Origin: an uncultured Pirellulales bacterium
GTDB taxonomy: Bacteria; Planctomycetota; Phycisphaerae; Sedimentisphaerales; SM23-30
Length of the DNA stretch: 35,987 bases
NCBI GenBank assembly: GCA_964401265.1
Contig: CAYNXW010000002.1
Location: forward strand, 1-35,987
Direction of reading: 5' to 3'
The position numbers and the translations under genes are program-made. Shown here one piece after another: positions 16,601 to 28,600 of this stretch. The stretch's first letter is position 1. The number at the start of each line of letters is the position of its first letter. The notes below the pieces were generated by a model. It had not been told where the DNA came from and did no database searches. It saw only the letters and a program-made list of their open reading frames with translations.

Positions 16601-19600
16601 TGGCGATTGGTGTTGCGCCGGAGCCGGATTTAGAGGTGCAAGATGTGACCTGGCCTGTGGAGACGGTGTGGGATCCGGGTGCGGTGGTGACGCTGGATAC
16701 GATGGTAAGTAATGTCGGGGCGGCGGCGGCGGGTCAGTTTGATGTGTCGGTGTACCTGTCGACGGACGACGTGCCGGACGGTTCGGACGTGCTGTTGGCG
16801 GCGCGGACGGTGACGGAGCTGGCGGCGGGGACGCCGAGCAATGCGCCGATGGAGATTACGATTCCGGCGGATACGGTGCCGGGCGATTACTTCCTGTATG
16901 TGGTGGCGGACGATGCGGGCGCGGTGGCTGAGGGTAACGAGACTAATAATATCTGGTTGTCGCCTTTGGCGATTGGCGGCGGTGGTGGTGAGCCGGACCT
17001 GCAGGTGGAGACAGTGAATTGGCCTGTGGAGACGGTGTGGGATCAGGACGTGAGCGTGACGCTGGAGACGGGGGTGCGGAACATTGGTACGGGTGCGGCG
17101 GGTGAGTTCGATGTGCGGGTGTACCTGTCGGCAGATGATGTGGCGGACGGTTCGGATGTGCTGTTGGCGACGCGTACGGTGACGGAGCTGGCGGCGGGGC
17201 TGGTAAGCGACGGCCAAATGGTGGTGACGATTCCGACGGAGACGGTGTCGGGCGAGTATTTCCTGTGCGTGGTGGCTGACGCGGGCGAGACGGTGGCGGA
17301 GAGCGATGAGCAGAACAACGCATGGACGGATGTGATAGCGATCGATCCGCAGGCGGATTTGGTGGCTGGTCAGTTGCAGCGTCAGGCGATGGGGCCTGAG
17401 GGGTCGTCGGCGGTGGGCTGGGGCGAGTCTTTGGATCTGATGGTGGAGGTGGCGAACGAGGGGATGTTGGCGACGGGTGTGGAAGCGACGGTGGCGTTTT
17501 ATCTGAGCGCGGACGGTACGTTGGATGTGGGGGCGGATGTGTTGTTGGCGGAGACGCTGACGGTGGTGGATCTGGGTCCTGAGGGTTACTTCAACGCGCC
17601 GGTGAGTCTGGCGTTGCCGGTGACGGGGGCGGATGGCGACTACTATGTGTTCATGGTGGTGGATTCGGATGAGGCGGTGGTGGAGGGTGACGAGAGTAAT
17701 AATGTGGGGTCACTGGCGGTGGGGATCGGGACGAGTGAGCCGGCGATTGGGGTGGATCTGCAGGCGCAGCATGTGAGTCTGCCGGGAATCCCGCTGCGGT
17801 GGGGCCAGAGCTATCCGGTGCACTTCGGTGTGAACAACGGCGGTAACCGGGGTGCGGGCTTGTTTGCGATCGATGTGGTGCTGAGCAGCGACAAGGTGTA
17901 CGGCAACGGGGACGAGGTGTCGATTCTGGCGGGCGGGGTGGTGACGGTGGCTGAGGGGTTGATGGCGGGCGAGTGGTACGACGGGACCGGGACGATCACG
18001 CTGCCGGGTATTGCTCCGGATGGTGACGGGTCTTATGGGATCTTCCTGGTGGTGGACAGCGGCGAGGCGGTGGTTGAGTCGTTCGAGAGCAATAACACGA
18101 GTATGATGGTCTCGGATATTGTGAGCGAGCTGGGGGTGACGCCGGGTGAAGTGGATTTGCAGGCGTTGGATTTGTTTGTGGATGCGTGGGAGGGGCTGGT
18201 GTGGGGTCAGACGTACGCGGGGCAGGCGTTGATTCAGAATATCGGGGAGACGGACATTGCCGAGGTGGATGCGGACTTTGCGGTGTCGGTGGTGCTGTCG
18301 GAGAATGAGGCGTATGAGGCGGGCAGTGATCTGGAGGTGGGGTCGCTGACGGTGAGCGGGGCGTTGGGCAGTGGCGGGGTGTTGCTGGCGGATGTGAGCA
18401 TGACGTTGCCGGCGTCGTTTACGAATGGGAATTTCCTGCTGCTGGTGGCGGATCGGGACGGGGTGTATGACGATCCGGAGGTCGAGGGGAACAACGTGGC
18501 GGTGCTGGACGTGGGGCCTTGGGGCGGGATTCAGGAGCCGATGGTGGATGTGACGCCCTTGGAGGCGGACATGCCGGAAGATGTGCCCATGCAGTGGGGC
18601 GGCAGTTACATTGCGTGTGCGGACGCGTTGAACGTGGGCAACACGGTTGTGAGTGCGGACTTTGATCTGGCGTTGTATCTGAGTCCGGACGAGGTTCTGG
18701 ACGGGGACGACTGGTTGTTGACGAGCGATCCGGGTGTGATTACGGTGACGGAGGATCTGGAGCCGGGCGACGAGGCGTGGAACGATGTTCTGATCACGCT
18801 GCCGACGACGAGTGACGCGACGACGGGTGGGCATACGTTTGGGGCGGAAGGTCAGGACCTGTACTGGCTGTTCGTGGTGGCGGACGAGGGCGGGGCCATT
18901 GCGGGCGAGGAAGTGATGAACAACGCGGTGGGCGAGCCGGTGTGGATTGTCGCAGGGACGGAGCTGGCGAGTCCGGATTTGCGGCTGATTGATTTTGAGC
19001 TGGAGATGGAGGGTGGCGATTACGGTCCGGAGGAGGATGGCCAGGACCTGGCGTTCTTGTGGACAAAGGGTGTGGCGTATACGGGGGCGCTGGATGCGAT
19101 TGTGTATAACGAGGGGACGGCGGCGGCGGAGTCGTTCGAGGTGACGGTGCGGTTGTCGTCTGATCCGTTTTATGACGAGACGGACGTGGTGGTGGGCAGT
19201 CGTACGGTGAACGGGCTGGGAAGTCTGGCGTTTGACGATGCGGAGATGGATCTGACGATCCCGGCGGACACGGCGGATGGGCCTTACTTTTTGGTGACGA
19301 AGGTGGACAGCGGGGCGGCGGTGACGGAGGCGGACGAGAGCAACAATGAATGTTGGGCGGTGCCGGTGCAGGTGGGCGAGCTGCTGAGCGGCGTGGACTT
19401 GCTGGGCAATGAGCTGGGCATTGAGGGGGGCAACGAGGTGACGTGGGGCGATACGAACGCGGTGCTTTTTGCGGACGTGCGAAACGCGGGGGATGAGGCG
19501 ATTGGGCCGTTTACGGTGCAGTTCTATCTGAGCGAAGACGGCGTGGCGGAGGCGGGCGAGGAGCTGGCAGGTACGGAAGTGCAGGTGGATCGTCTCGGAG

Positions 19601-22600
19601 CGGGCGAGGTGCTGGCGACGGACGTGATGAACTTCGTGCCGGCGGGTGGTACGCTGGCGAATGGGACGTACAACCTTATTATGGTGATCGACGCGGACGG
19701 GGCGATCGCGGAGCTGGACGAGGCGAACAATACGTTTTCGATGCCGTTGACGATTGGTGGTTCGGAGCCGGATTTGCAGGTGGAGACGGTGAATTGGCCT
19801 GTGGAGACGGTGTGGGATCAGGATGTCAGCGTGACGCTGGAGACGGGGGTGCGGAACTTCGGTGCAGGTGCGGCGGGTGAGTTCGATGTGCGGGTGTACC
19901 TGTCGGAAGATGATGTGGCGGACGGTTCGGATGTGCTTCTGGCGACGCGGACGGTGACGGAGCTGGCGGCGGGTCTGGTCAGCGACGGCCAAATGGTAGT
20001 GACGATTCCGACGGAGACGGCGTCGGGCGAGTACTTCCTGTGCGTGGTGGCGGACGCGGGCGAGACGGTGGCGGAGACCGACGAGCAGAACAATGTGTGG
20101 GCGGACAAGATCGCCATCGACCCCCAGCCTGATCTGGCGGTGATGGAGATGCACGTGCCGATGGACCATGTGATTGCAGGCGATATGATTCACGTGGAGG
20201 GGCGTGTGGCGAACATGTCGCCGGTGGGGGTGGAAGCGTACGAGTTTGCGGCGGTGCTTTCGACGGACGATGTATTTGACGCGAGCGACGTGGTGCTGGG
20301 TCGGCTGACGGACATGATCATGCCGGGCGAGGAGAAGATGCATTTCCTGGACGTGAACGTGCCGGGCGATGTGGCGGAAGGTGCGTATTATATTGGTTTT
20401 GTGGTGGATCCGGATAATCTGGTGGAGGAGTCGGACGAGGCGAACAACAGTCTGTTCAGTATGCCGGTACAGGTGGAGGCGGCGATTCCGGACCTGATGT
20501 TGGGGCACTTTGAAGTGTGGGGCATGCCTTTGAGCATGGGGGATATGTTTACGGTAGCGAACGAGATACGGAATGAATCGGACTTTGACGCGGGTCCGTT
20601 TACCGTGACGTTTGTGCTGTCGGCGGACGAGGTGATCGATGGTTCGGATATGGTGTTGGGTGAGCGGATTCTGGGCGGGTTGTGGCCTTGGGGTGGCGAC
20701 GAGCAGCATAATGATCTGGTGATACCGAACGACGGGAGCGTGGCGCCGGGTGAGTACTTCCTGGGTGTGATAGTTGATTCGCAGGGGGAGGTTGTTGAGC
20801 GTAACGAAGAGAATAATGTGGTGTCGATGCCGATTTCGATCATGCCGCCGGACATTGATTTGATCGTGGCGTGGTTCGACCCACATATGGGTGGACCTTT
20901 GGTGTGGGGCGACAGCTTTGGTGTGACGGCGGATGTGCGCAACGATGGTCCGCATGAAGCGCCGGCCACGGAGGCGACGATATATCTGAGCGGTGATGGG
21001 TTGCTGGATGGTGGGGACGTGGTTTTGACGACGCTGGCGATCGAGCCGTTGGGTGGTGGGGGTTTGTCGCCGCACGATTTGATGATCACGCTGCCGGGGG
21101 AGGCGGGAGCAGTGGTTGGTGAGGATTACCACCTGATAATGGAGGTGGACAGCGGGGCGGTGGCCGAGGAGACGTTCGAGGACAACAATGTGTGGGTGGT
21201 GCCGCTGGGGATCGAGACGCCGGTGGTTGATTTGGTGGTGCCGGGGCCGCCTCCGGGTGAAGAGCCGCCGATGTTTGAGATGCTTTGGGGGTTGGATTAC
21301 GAGTTGCCTTTGGACGCGTTCAACGAGGGTAACGGCACTGTGGGTCCATTCACGATCAGCATGTATCTGAGTGAGAACCCGACGTACGAGCCGGGGGATA
21401 TGGAGCTGGCGTCGGTGGTGGTGGATGGTTTGGGGCCGTGGCAGGACAGCTTTAACGAGGCGGCCGTTCAGTTGCCGGGGGCGGGTGTGCTTGCGGACGG
21501 CACGTATTATCTGGTGATGTTTGCGGACAGCGGCGAGGTCATTGAAGAGGGGTTCGAAGACAACAATATGATGAGTATGCCGGTCAACATCAGTGAGCCC
21601 AACTTTGTTGAGGGTGTTGATTTGCAGATCAAGGAATTCTTCTTTGAGATGGGCGAGAACGTGGGGTGGGGCCAGAGTTACGAGGTAGTGGCGGACGTAT
21701 TCAACAGCGGTGACACGACGGCAGGTGTGTTTGAGATTACTATTGCGTTGAGTAGTGACAACACGTTTGACGTGGCGAGCGATACGGTTATTGGGGTAGC
21801 GACTGTGGATGGTCTGGCATCAGGCGGGGTGTCGATTAATGATATCATGGTGACGCTGCCGGAGGAGGGGGTGCTGCCGGATGGTGCCTATCGTGTGTTC
21901 ATGGTGATCGACGGGGCGGACGTGGTTGAAGAGGTGGATGAGCTGAACAACTCGGTTGACTTTATCATTAACATAGGGCAATCGGGTGCGGACCTGGCGC
22001 TGATGGACATTTTCATGCCATTTGACGCGGCGTGGGGCAGTGAGATTGTGGTGGACGCGTGGGTGGAGAACTGGGGTTCGCTGACCGTGGGGTCGGTGGA
22101 TGTGGCGTTCTATCTGTCGGAGGACTGGGTGTGGGATGCGGAGGTGGATGAGCTTCTGGCGACGACGACGCTGGAGAGTCTGGGGGGAGGGGAAGGCGTG
22201 ATGACGTCGGCGACGATTACGTTGCCGGAGTCGGGCGAGCAGAACATGTTGCGGGTGATTGGGGTGGTGGATCCGGCGAACACGATTGAGGAATTCGATG
22301 AGCAGTTCAACAACATGCTGATTCGGGACGTGTCGCTAGGCGAGCGGGAGCTGTCGAACCTGATGGCGTGGCCGATGATTGTGTTTGAACCGGATGCGCC
22401 GAACGTTGACTGGGGCAGTACGCTGACGCTGGATACGATGGTGGACAACATGAGCCCGCTGGAGGTGGAGGCGTTTACGGTCAAGTATTATTTGTCTCAG
22501 GACGAGCAGGTGGGGACGGACGATGTGGTGTTGGGGCGGAGCGATGTCAGCGGGATGATGCCGTTTGAGCATCAGTCGCTGATGGGCGTGTCGTTGAAGC

Positions 22601-25600
22601 TGCCGAACGCGTCTCCGGCGGAGGGTGTGGATACGTGGCACGTCTTGGCGAAGGCGGATTCGGAGGATGTGATCGAGGAGATGGACGAGATGGACAACAC
22701 GGGTTGGGCGCCGTTGTTCATCGGGTCGATGCCTGCCGATTTGTGGGGGAGTATGTACATCGACTTTAGTGATGGTGGGCAGGTGTTCTGGGGCGACGAC
22801 GTGACGCTGGAGCTGCAGATTGAGAACAGCGGGGAGAGCGACGCGAGCGGCTTTGAGGTTGCGTATTATCTCTCGAATGATCCGGAGTTGAGCGATGACG
22901 ACGTGATGTTGGGTGAGCCGCAGTTGATTGAGCTGGTGGAGGGGATGGGCAACAGCGGTCTTTTGACGCACACGTTGACGCTGCCGGTGGAGCCTTTGGA
23001 TGCGGGGAACATGATGGCGTTTATCGTGGCGGCGATTGATTACACGGACACGGTGGACGAGGTGGATGAGTGGAACAACCAGATGGCGATGTGGTTTGCC
23101 GGTGACGTGTCGGCGAGCGATCTGGTGGCGTTCAAGGCGGAGCCGCTGTTTGAGCCTGGCGAGTTCATGGCGTGGTGGAGCGACAGCGTTACGACGAATG
23201 CGATCGATGTGGCGTATGAATTTGCGAATTTTGGGAACGAGGACGCGGCGGACTTCACGGTTGAGTTTTACCTGACGAATGCGACGTGGATGGACTTTGG
23301 GGAGCCAGTGGCGTGGGACGGGACGGCGGTGCAGACGTACCTGCTGGGTCAGGAGACTGTTGCGTTGTTGGTGGGTGAGACGTTTGACCCGGCAGAGCCT
23401 CCGGTGGGAGAGGAAGGGCCTTTTGAGCCGCCGATGGGCGAGAACGTGTATAGTGGTCAGATGACGCTGGTGCTGCCGCAGGCGTCGGACGTGCCGTTTG
23501 TGCAGGCGGGCAACGAGAGTGGCAGTTACTCGCTGATGATGAAGGTGGATGGGGCAGAGACGATTAGCGAGATATTCGAGGACAACAATGTGACGTTGTC
23601 GCCATTGCGTCTGGAGATGCAGCATGGTGAGATCGACGTGACGGACGGCATGAACGATCCGCACGACCGGATGATTGATTTTGGTCCGGTGCTGATGAAT
23701 GAGCCTTTGGTGTCGAGCTTTACGGTGACCAATTTTGGGATGGGGCAGTTGACGCTGCACGATGTGGCGAGCGAGTGGGTGAATCTGGATGTGTGGGCAA
23801 GTGACGGGCAGGCATTGCCGATCGTGCTGGGGCCCGAGGCGTCGGTGACGTTTGATGTGGCGTTCACAGCAAATATGCAGGGGCACAACGAAGGTTGGGT
23901 GACGATCTACAGCGACGATCCGTGGCGGGGACCGGTGGATGTGCAGGTGTGGGCGGATGCGGCCTCGGCGCCGATAGACCTGGCGGTGACGGGTTTGGAG
24001 GCGGCGGGTGTCGGTGGTGGTCTGGTAGAGGCCGGGTTGCACTGGGGCGAGCCGCTGGATGTGACGGTGGAGGTGAGCAATCTGGAGTCGGGGGACACGG
24101 AAGGGGACGTGTGGCTGGACCTGATGCTGTCGGAGAATGCGGAGGGGACGGGGATGGTATTCTGGCTGGACGGCATGGCCATGCCGGGTGTGCCGGGCGG
24201 AGGGGTGACTGAGCAGGCTGTGAATGTAATGCTGCCGGAGATGTCGCCTTTCGGTTATGGCGGGGATCTCTACGTGATGGCGATGGTGCACCCGACGGGC
24301 GGGGAGTTTGAGGTGGATCCGTTCAACAACGAGGGGGCGGCGTTGGTGAACATTACGAGCGAGGCGATCGGTAAGCCTGATCTCACGTTCAATTGGCTGG
24401 GCATGCCGCCTGAGGCAGCGTGGGGGCAGCCGATGGATGTTGCGTTGGGCCTGACGAATATTGGGCTGGCCGATGCGCCGGAGTTCAATGTGCGTTATTA
24501 TCTGAGCACGAACGACCGACTGGAGCCGGCGGCGGATCTGTTGCTGGGTGAGTTGGGTGTGGCGGGGTTGAGTGCGGAGGGGTGGATGGACAAGCACTTC
24601 TGGTTTGATCTTCCGGAAGCGGGTGCGGACGGGCTGCACTATCTGATCGCGCAGATTGACGCGGACAACACGGTGGAGGAGGAGTTTGAGCAGAATAATG
24701 TCGCTATTGGTCGGTTTGAGGTGACGTCGGGTCCGTCGGCGGATCTGGCGGCGCAGTCGCTGAATGTGCCGGGCGAGATTGTCATTGGCGAGCCCTTTAC
24801 GCTTGAGCTGGACGTAGCGAATTATGGTGACGAGGGTGTGGCGAATGTGCGTGTGGAGTTCTTCCTGGCGGATCAGAGTCTTCCGGATCTGGCTTTGGGC
24901 GATTCTGAGCCGGAGCAGTTTTTGGGGATGTATATTGGTTCGGTGATGGTGCCGTCACTTCCGGCGAGCGAGACGGGCGAGCCGGTGAGGGTGAGCTTCG
25001 ACGCGATGCTTCCTCCGGGTTCATTGGAGCCGGGCGACATGTCGTTCGTGCAGGCGGTGGTTGACGCCGACCAGATGGTTGTTGAGATGGATGAGTTCAA
25101 CAACTTGATTGCGAGCGGTAATTTTACAGTCTCGGCAGGCGAGACTGACCTGGCGGGTGAGATCAGCGAGACGGTGGGCGAGGCTGCGTGGGGCGAGAAC
25201 GTGCCTTTGGCGTTGACGGTGACGAACACGGGCCAGATCGGTGCGCCGCCCTTCTTTGTGGACGTGTTGCTGAGTACGGACGACGTGCTGGACGAGAGTG
25301 ATTTCTATCTGACGAGCCAGGCCATATACGGGCTGGGTAACACGGCGGATGGTAACAGTGCTGAGTTGTACTTTGATCTGCATCTGCCGGAGTATGTCAA
25401 CACAGGCGACGGCGATTATTACCTGATGGTGAAGGTGGACGGGGCGGATACGGTGGTGGAGACGGACGAGGCGAACAACGTTGTGGCCAGTCCGATAGTG
25501 CTCGCGGGGACGCCGGACTTGAGCGTGTATCTGGAGCAGGCGCCGTTTACGTCGAACTTTGGCCAGACGATATCGGTGATTGACCAGGTGGACAACTACA

Positions 25601-28600
25601 GCATGTCGGCGGTGGGGGGGGCGTTTGAGGTGAGTTATTATCTCTCGCCGAGCGACGTGTATGATCCGGCCAGCGCGGTGCTGGTGGGGTCGCGGACGGT
25701 CAGTTCGCTGGAGGGTAACGGTTCGAGTCGGGCGACGACGTCGCTGACGCTGGCGCAGGGAGCGGACTGGCCTGCGCAGGGGCAGTTCTTCCTGTTTGCG
25801 GTGGTGGACGAGGCCAACGAGATAGATGAGTCGTTCGAGAGCGGGCTGGGGGCCGGCGAGTTGCAGTGGAACAATGTGTGCTGGATGCCGATTGAAATTG
25901 TGGAGGAGGGGATGCCGGATGTGACGGCGCTGCCGATGACGAGCTTGAGCGACAGTGCGGAGTGGGGCGAGCCGGTGTGGGTGGAGTACACGATTGACAA
26001 TATCGGAACGGCCGATGCCGAAGGGTTTACGGGTACGTTCTATTTGAGCGATAATTTGTCGATTACGCCGCGTGATTTTGCGTTGGGGACCGTGACGTTG
26101 GAGGGTTTGGATTCGCAGAGCAGTTATCAGGACGCGATCGAGCTGATGCTGCCTGCGGAGAGTCCGTACGGCATTGACGGTGAGTTCTATGTCGGATTGC
26201 TCTTGGACAGCGACGGGCAGATTATTGAGATCAACGAGAAGAACAACGTGACGGTGACGGATGGGGCTTTGACTATCGGGACTGTCATTAACGTGGACTT
26301 GCTGGCGGCGTATCTGGATGGGCCGGTGTTTGTGACGCCGGGCGCGACGCTGGAGTTTTATAACGAGGTTTACAACGCGGGCAGCATTGTTTCGGGTGCG
26401 TTTGATGTGGACTTTTATATGACGCAAGGCGGGGTGCTTGACGGCGGTGAGGTGCTGTTGGGGTCGCGGACGATCGAGTCGCTGGGGTCGGGGGCGTTCG
26501 ATGCGGAGATGACGGCGTTGACGTTGCCGGAGTCGTTGAGTGACGCGTACGGGCAGATGTTCACGGTAGTGATGGCGGTGAACCCGGCGGCGCTGGCTGA
26601 TCCGGCGACGGCGGCGACGGTGGAGCAGTACTATGACAACAACTGTCTGGCGTCGATGAACAGCTTTGAGGTTGTCGAGCCGATCATGCTGGACGTGTCG
26701 GTGGCAGATGTCAGCACAGTAGCTGAAGCCTCGTGGGGCGAGGGTGTGACGGTTGAGTTTGGGTTAGATGTGTCTGATGACTTGATGGGGCCGGTTGACG
26801 TGGAGTTTTATCTGCGGGACGGCGGGGCGACGTGGCTTTTGGGAGGCAGCACGGTGGGCGCGGGGGCGGGAGGATCGGCTGAGACGGTTGCTTTGACGCT
26901 GCCAGCGAGCAGTCCGTTTGGGCGGGACGGCAGCTTCGAGATTGTGGCGGTGGCGGATCCGTATAACATGCTGGCGGAAGCGGACGAAGGCAACAACAGT
27001 GGGGCCGCGGCGTTGACGGTTGGTAGCGGCAAGGCTGATCTGTTGCCTCTGGGGGTTTCGACGGCACCGAAGGCGTCGGCGGGGGATGCGATTGATGTCT
27101 ATAACGATGTGAGGAACGTTGGCTCGCAGGATGCGGGTGGATTTGACGTTTACTTCTACCTGACGAGCGGCAACACGACGATTGACACGAGTACGGATCG
27201 TCTTCTGGGCATGCGGCAGGTGATGGAGTTAGGTGAAGACGGTGTGGCGTTGCCGAGCGGCGAGGTGAACTGGACGATTACGAGTCTGGCGATACCGAGC
27301 GGCCTGGCGGACGGCGATTATTATCTGGCGATGGTGGTCGACAAATTTGACGACGTGGACGAGGCCAACGAAGACAACAACGTTATCTTCTCGGAGAGTG
27401 CTATCAAGGTGAAGACGGTGACGGTGGAGCCGGACGCCTACGAGCCGAACAACAGTCAGAGCAGCGCCAAGGCGGTGACGCTTGACGAGCAGGGCCAAGC
27501 GGAGACGTTGAGTGCGACGTTGCATGACAGCAACGATTTGGACTATTACCGGTTCACGACGCCAGCCAACGCGGACGGTTTTGCTCGGGTGGAGTTGTTC
27601 GCGGACGAGATGCTTAACGGGGCGGTTCTGGTGTACAACAGCAGCGGGACTCTGATCGGCGGTGCGGACAATGACTCGGCGTACGGAGGGGACGAGACCT
27701 TTACGACGTTTGCACTGGGCGGCGGCAGGACGTACACGGTTCTGGTCAAGGCTCTTGGCGAGTCGTCGGGCAGTTATGAGTTGGCATTGGAAGTGGGGCT
27801 GGGCACGGCTGGGGATCCTTACGAGACTAACGAGACGGCATCTGACGCTTATTATCTGGGCAAGACCGGCCAGACGCTGTGGGATGCGAGCGTGCATACC
27901 GGTACGGACGTGGACTACTACCAGTTTGTGGTGCCGGCGACTTCGACGGGCCTGACGACGGTTTCGGTGGAAACGGACCCGACGCTTGACGCGGTATTAC
28001 AGCTTTACGACGCGGACAACGTGCTTGTCGCCAGTGCGGACAACACCGGAGTGGGCGCTTTGGAGTCGATCACCTTTGAAGGGACCATTGGTGCCGATTA
28101 CTATGCCTGCGTCAGTGCGTGGGCGGAGAGTGTTGGTGGGTATCGGTTCGGCCTGGCGTTCGAGCAGGCGTTGACAAGCGATGCCTACGAGCCTAACGAT
28201 GATCGGGACTCGGCACACCACGTTGGAGAGGGTGATCTGATTCTGACGGACCCGGTGATTCATAACAAGACGGATGTTGACTATTATCGTTTGACGGTGC
28301 CGGGCCAGACGTCGGCACTTGAAGCGGTGGTGTTCGGTGCCGGTGGGCTCGATGCGTCGCTGGCCCTTTACGATGCCGAGGGCGTCCTGTTGCGGAGCGT
28401 AGACCGTGCAGGGGGCAACGGTGAGGAGACGCTGCTCTTTGGGGACTTGAGGGCAGGTGAGGACGTGTACCTGGCGGTGAGCGGTGTGGATACGACGACG
28501 GGTCGCTACGGTTTGGAAGTGGCGTACGGGACGGAGGACGTGGGCGATGTGGCTGAGCCCAATAATCGAACGACGAGTGCTTACGAGCTTGGGGTGATTG

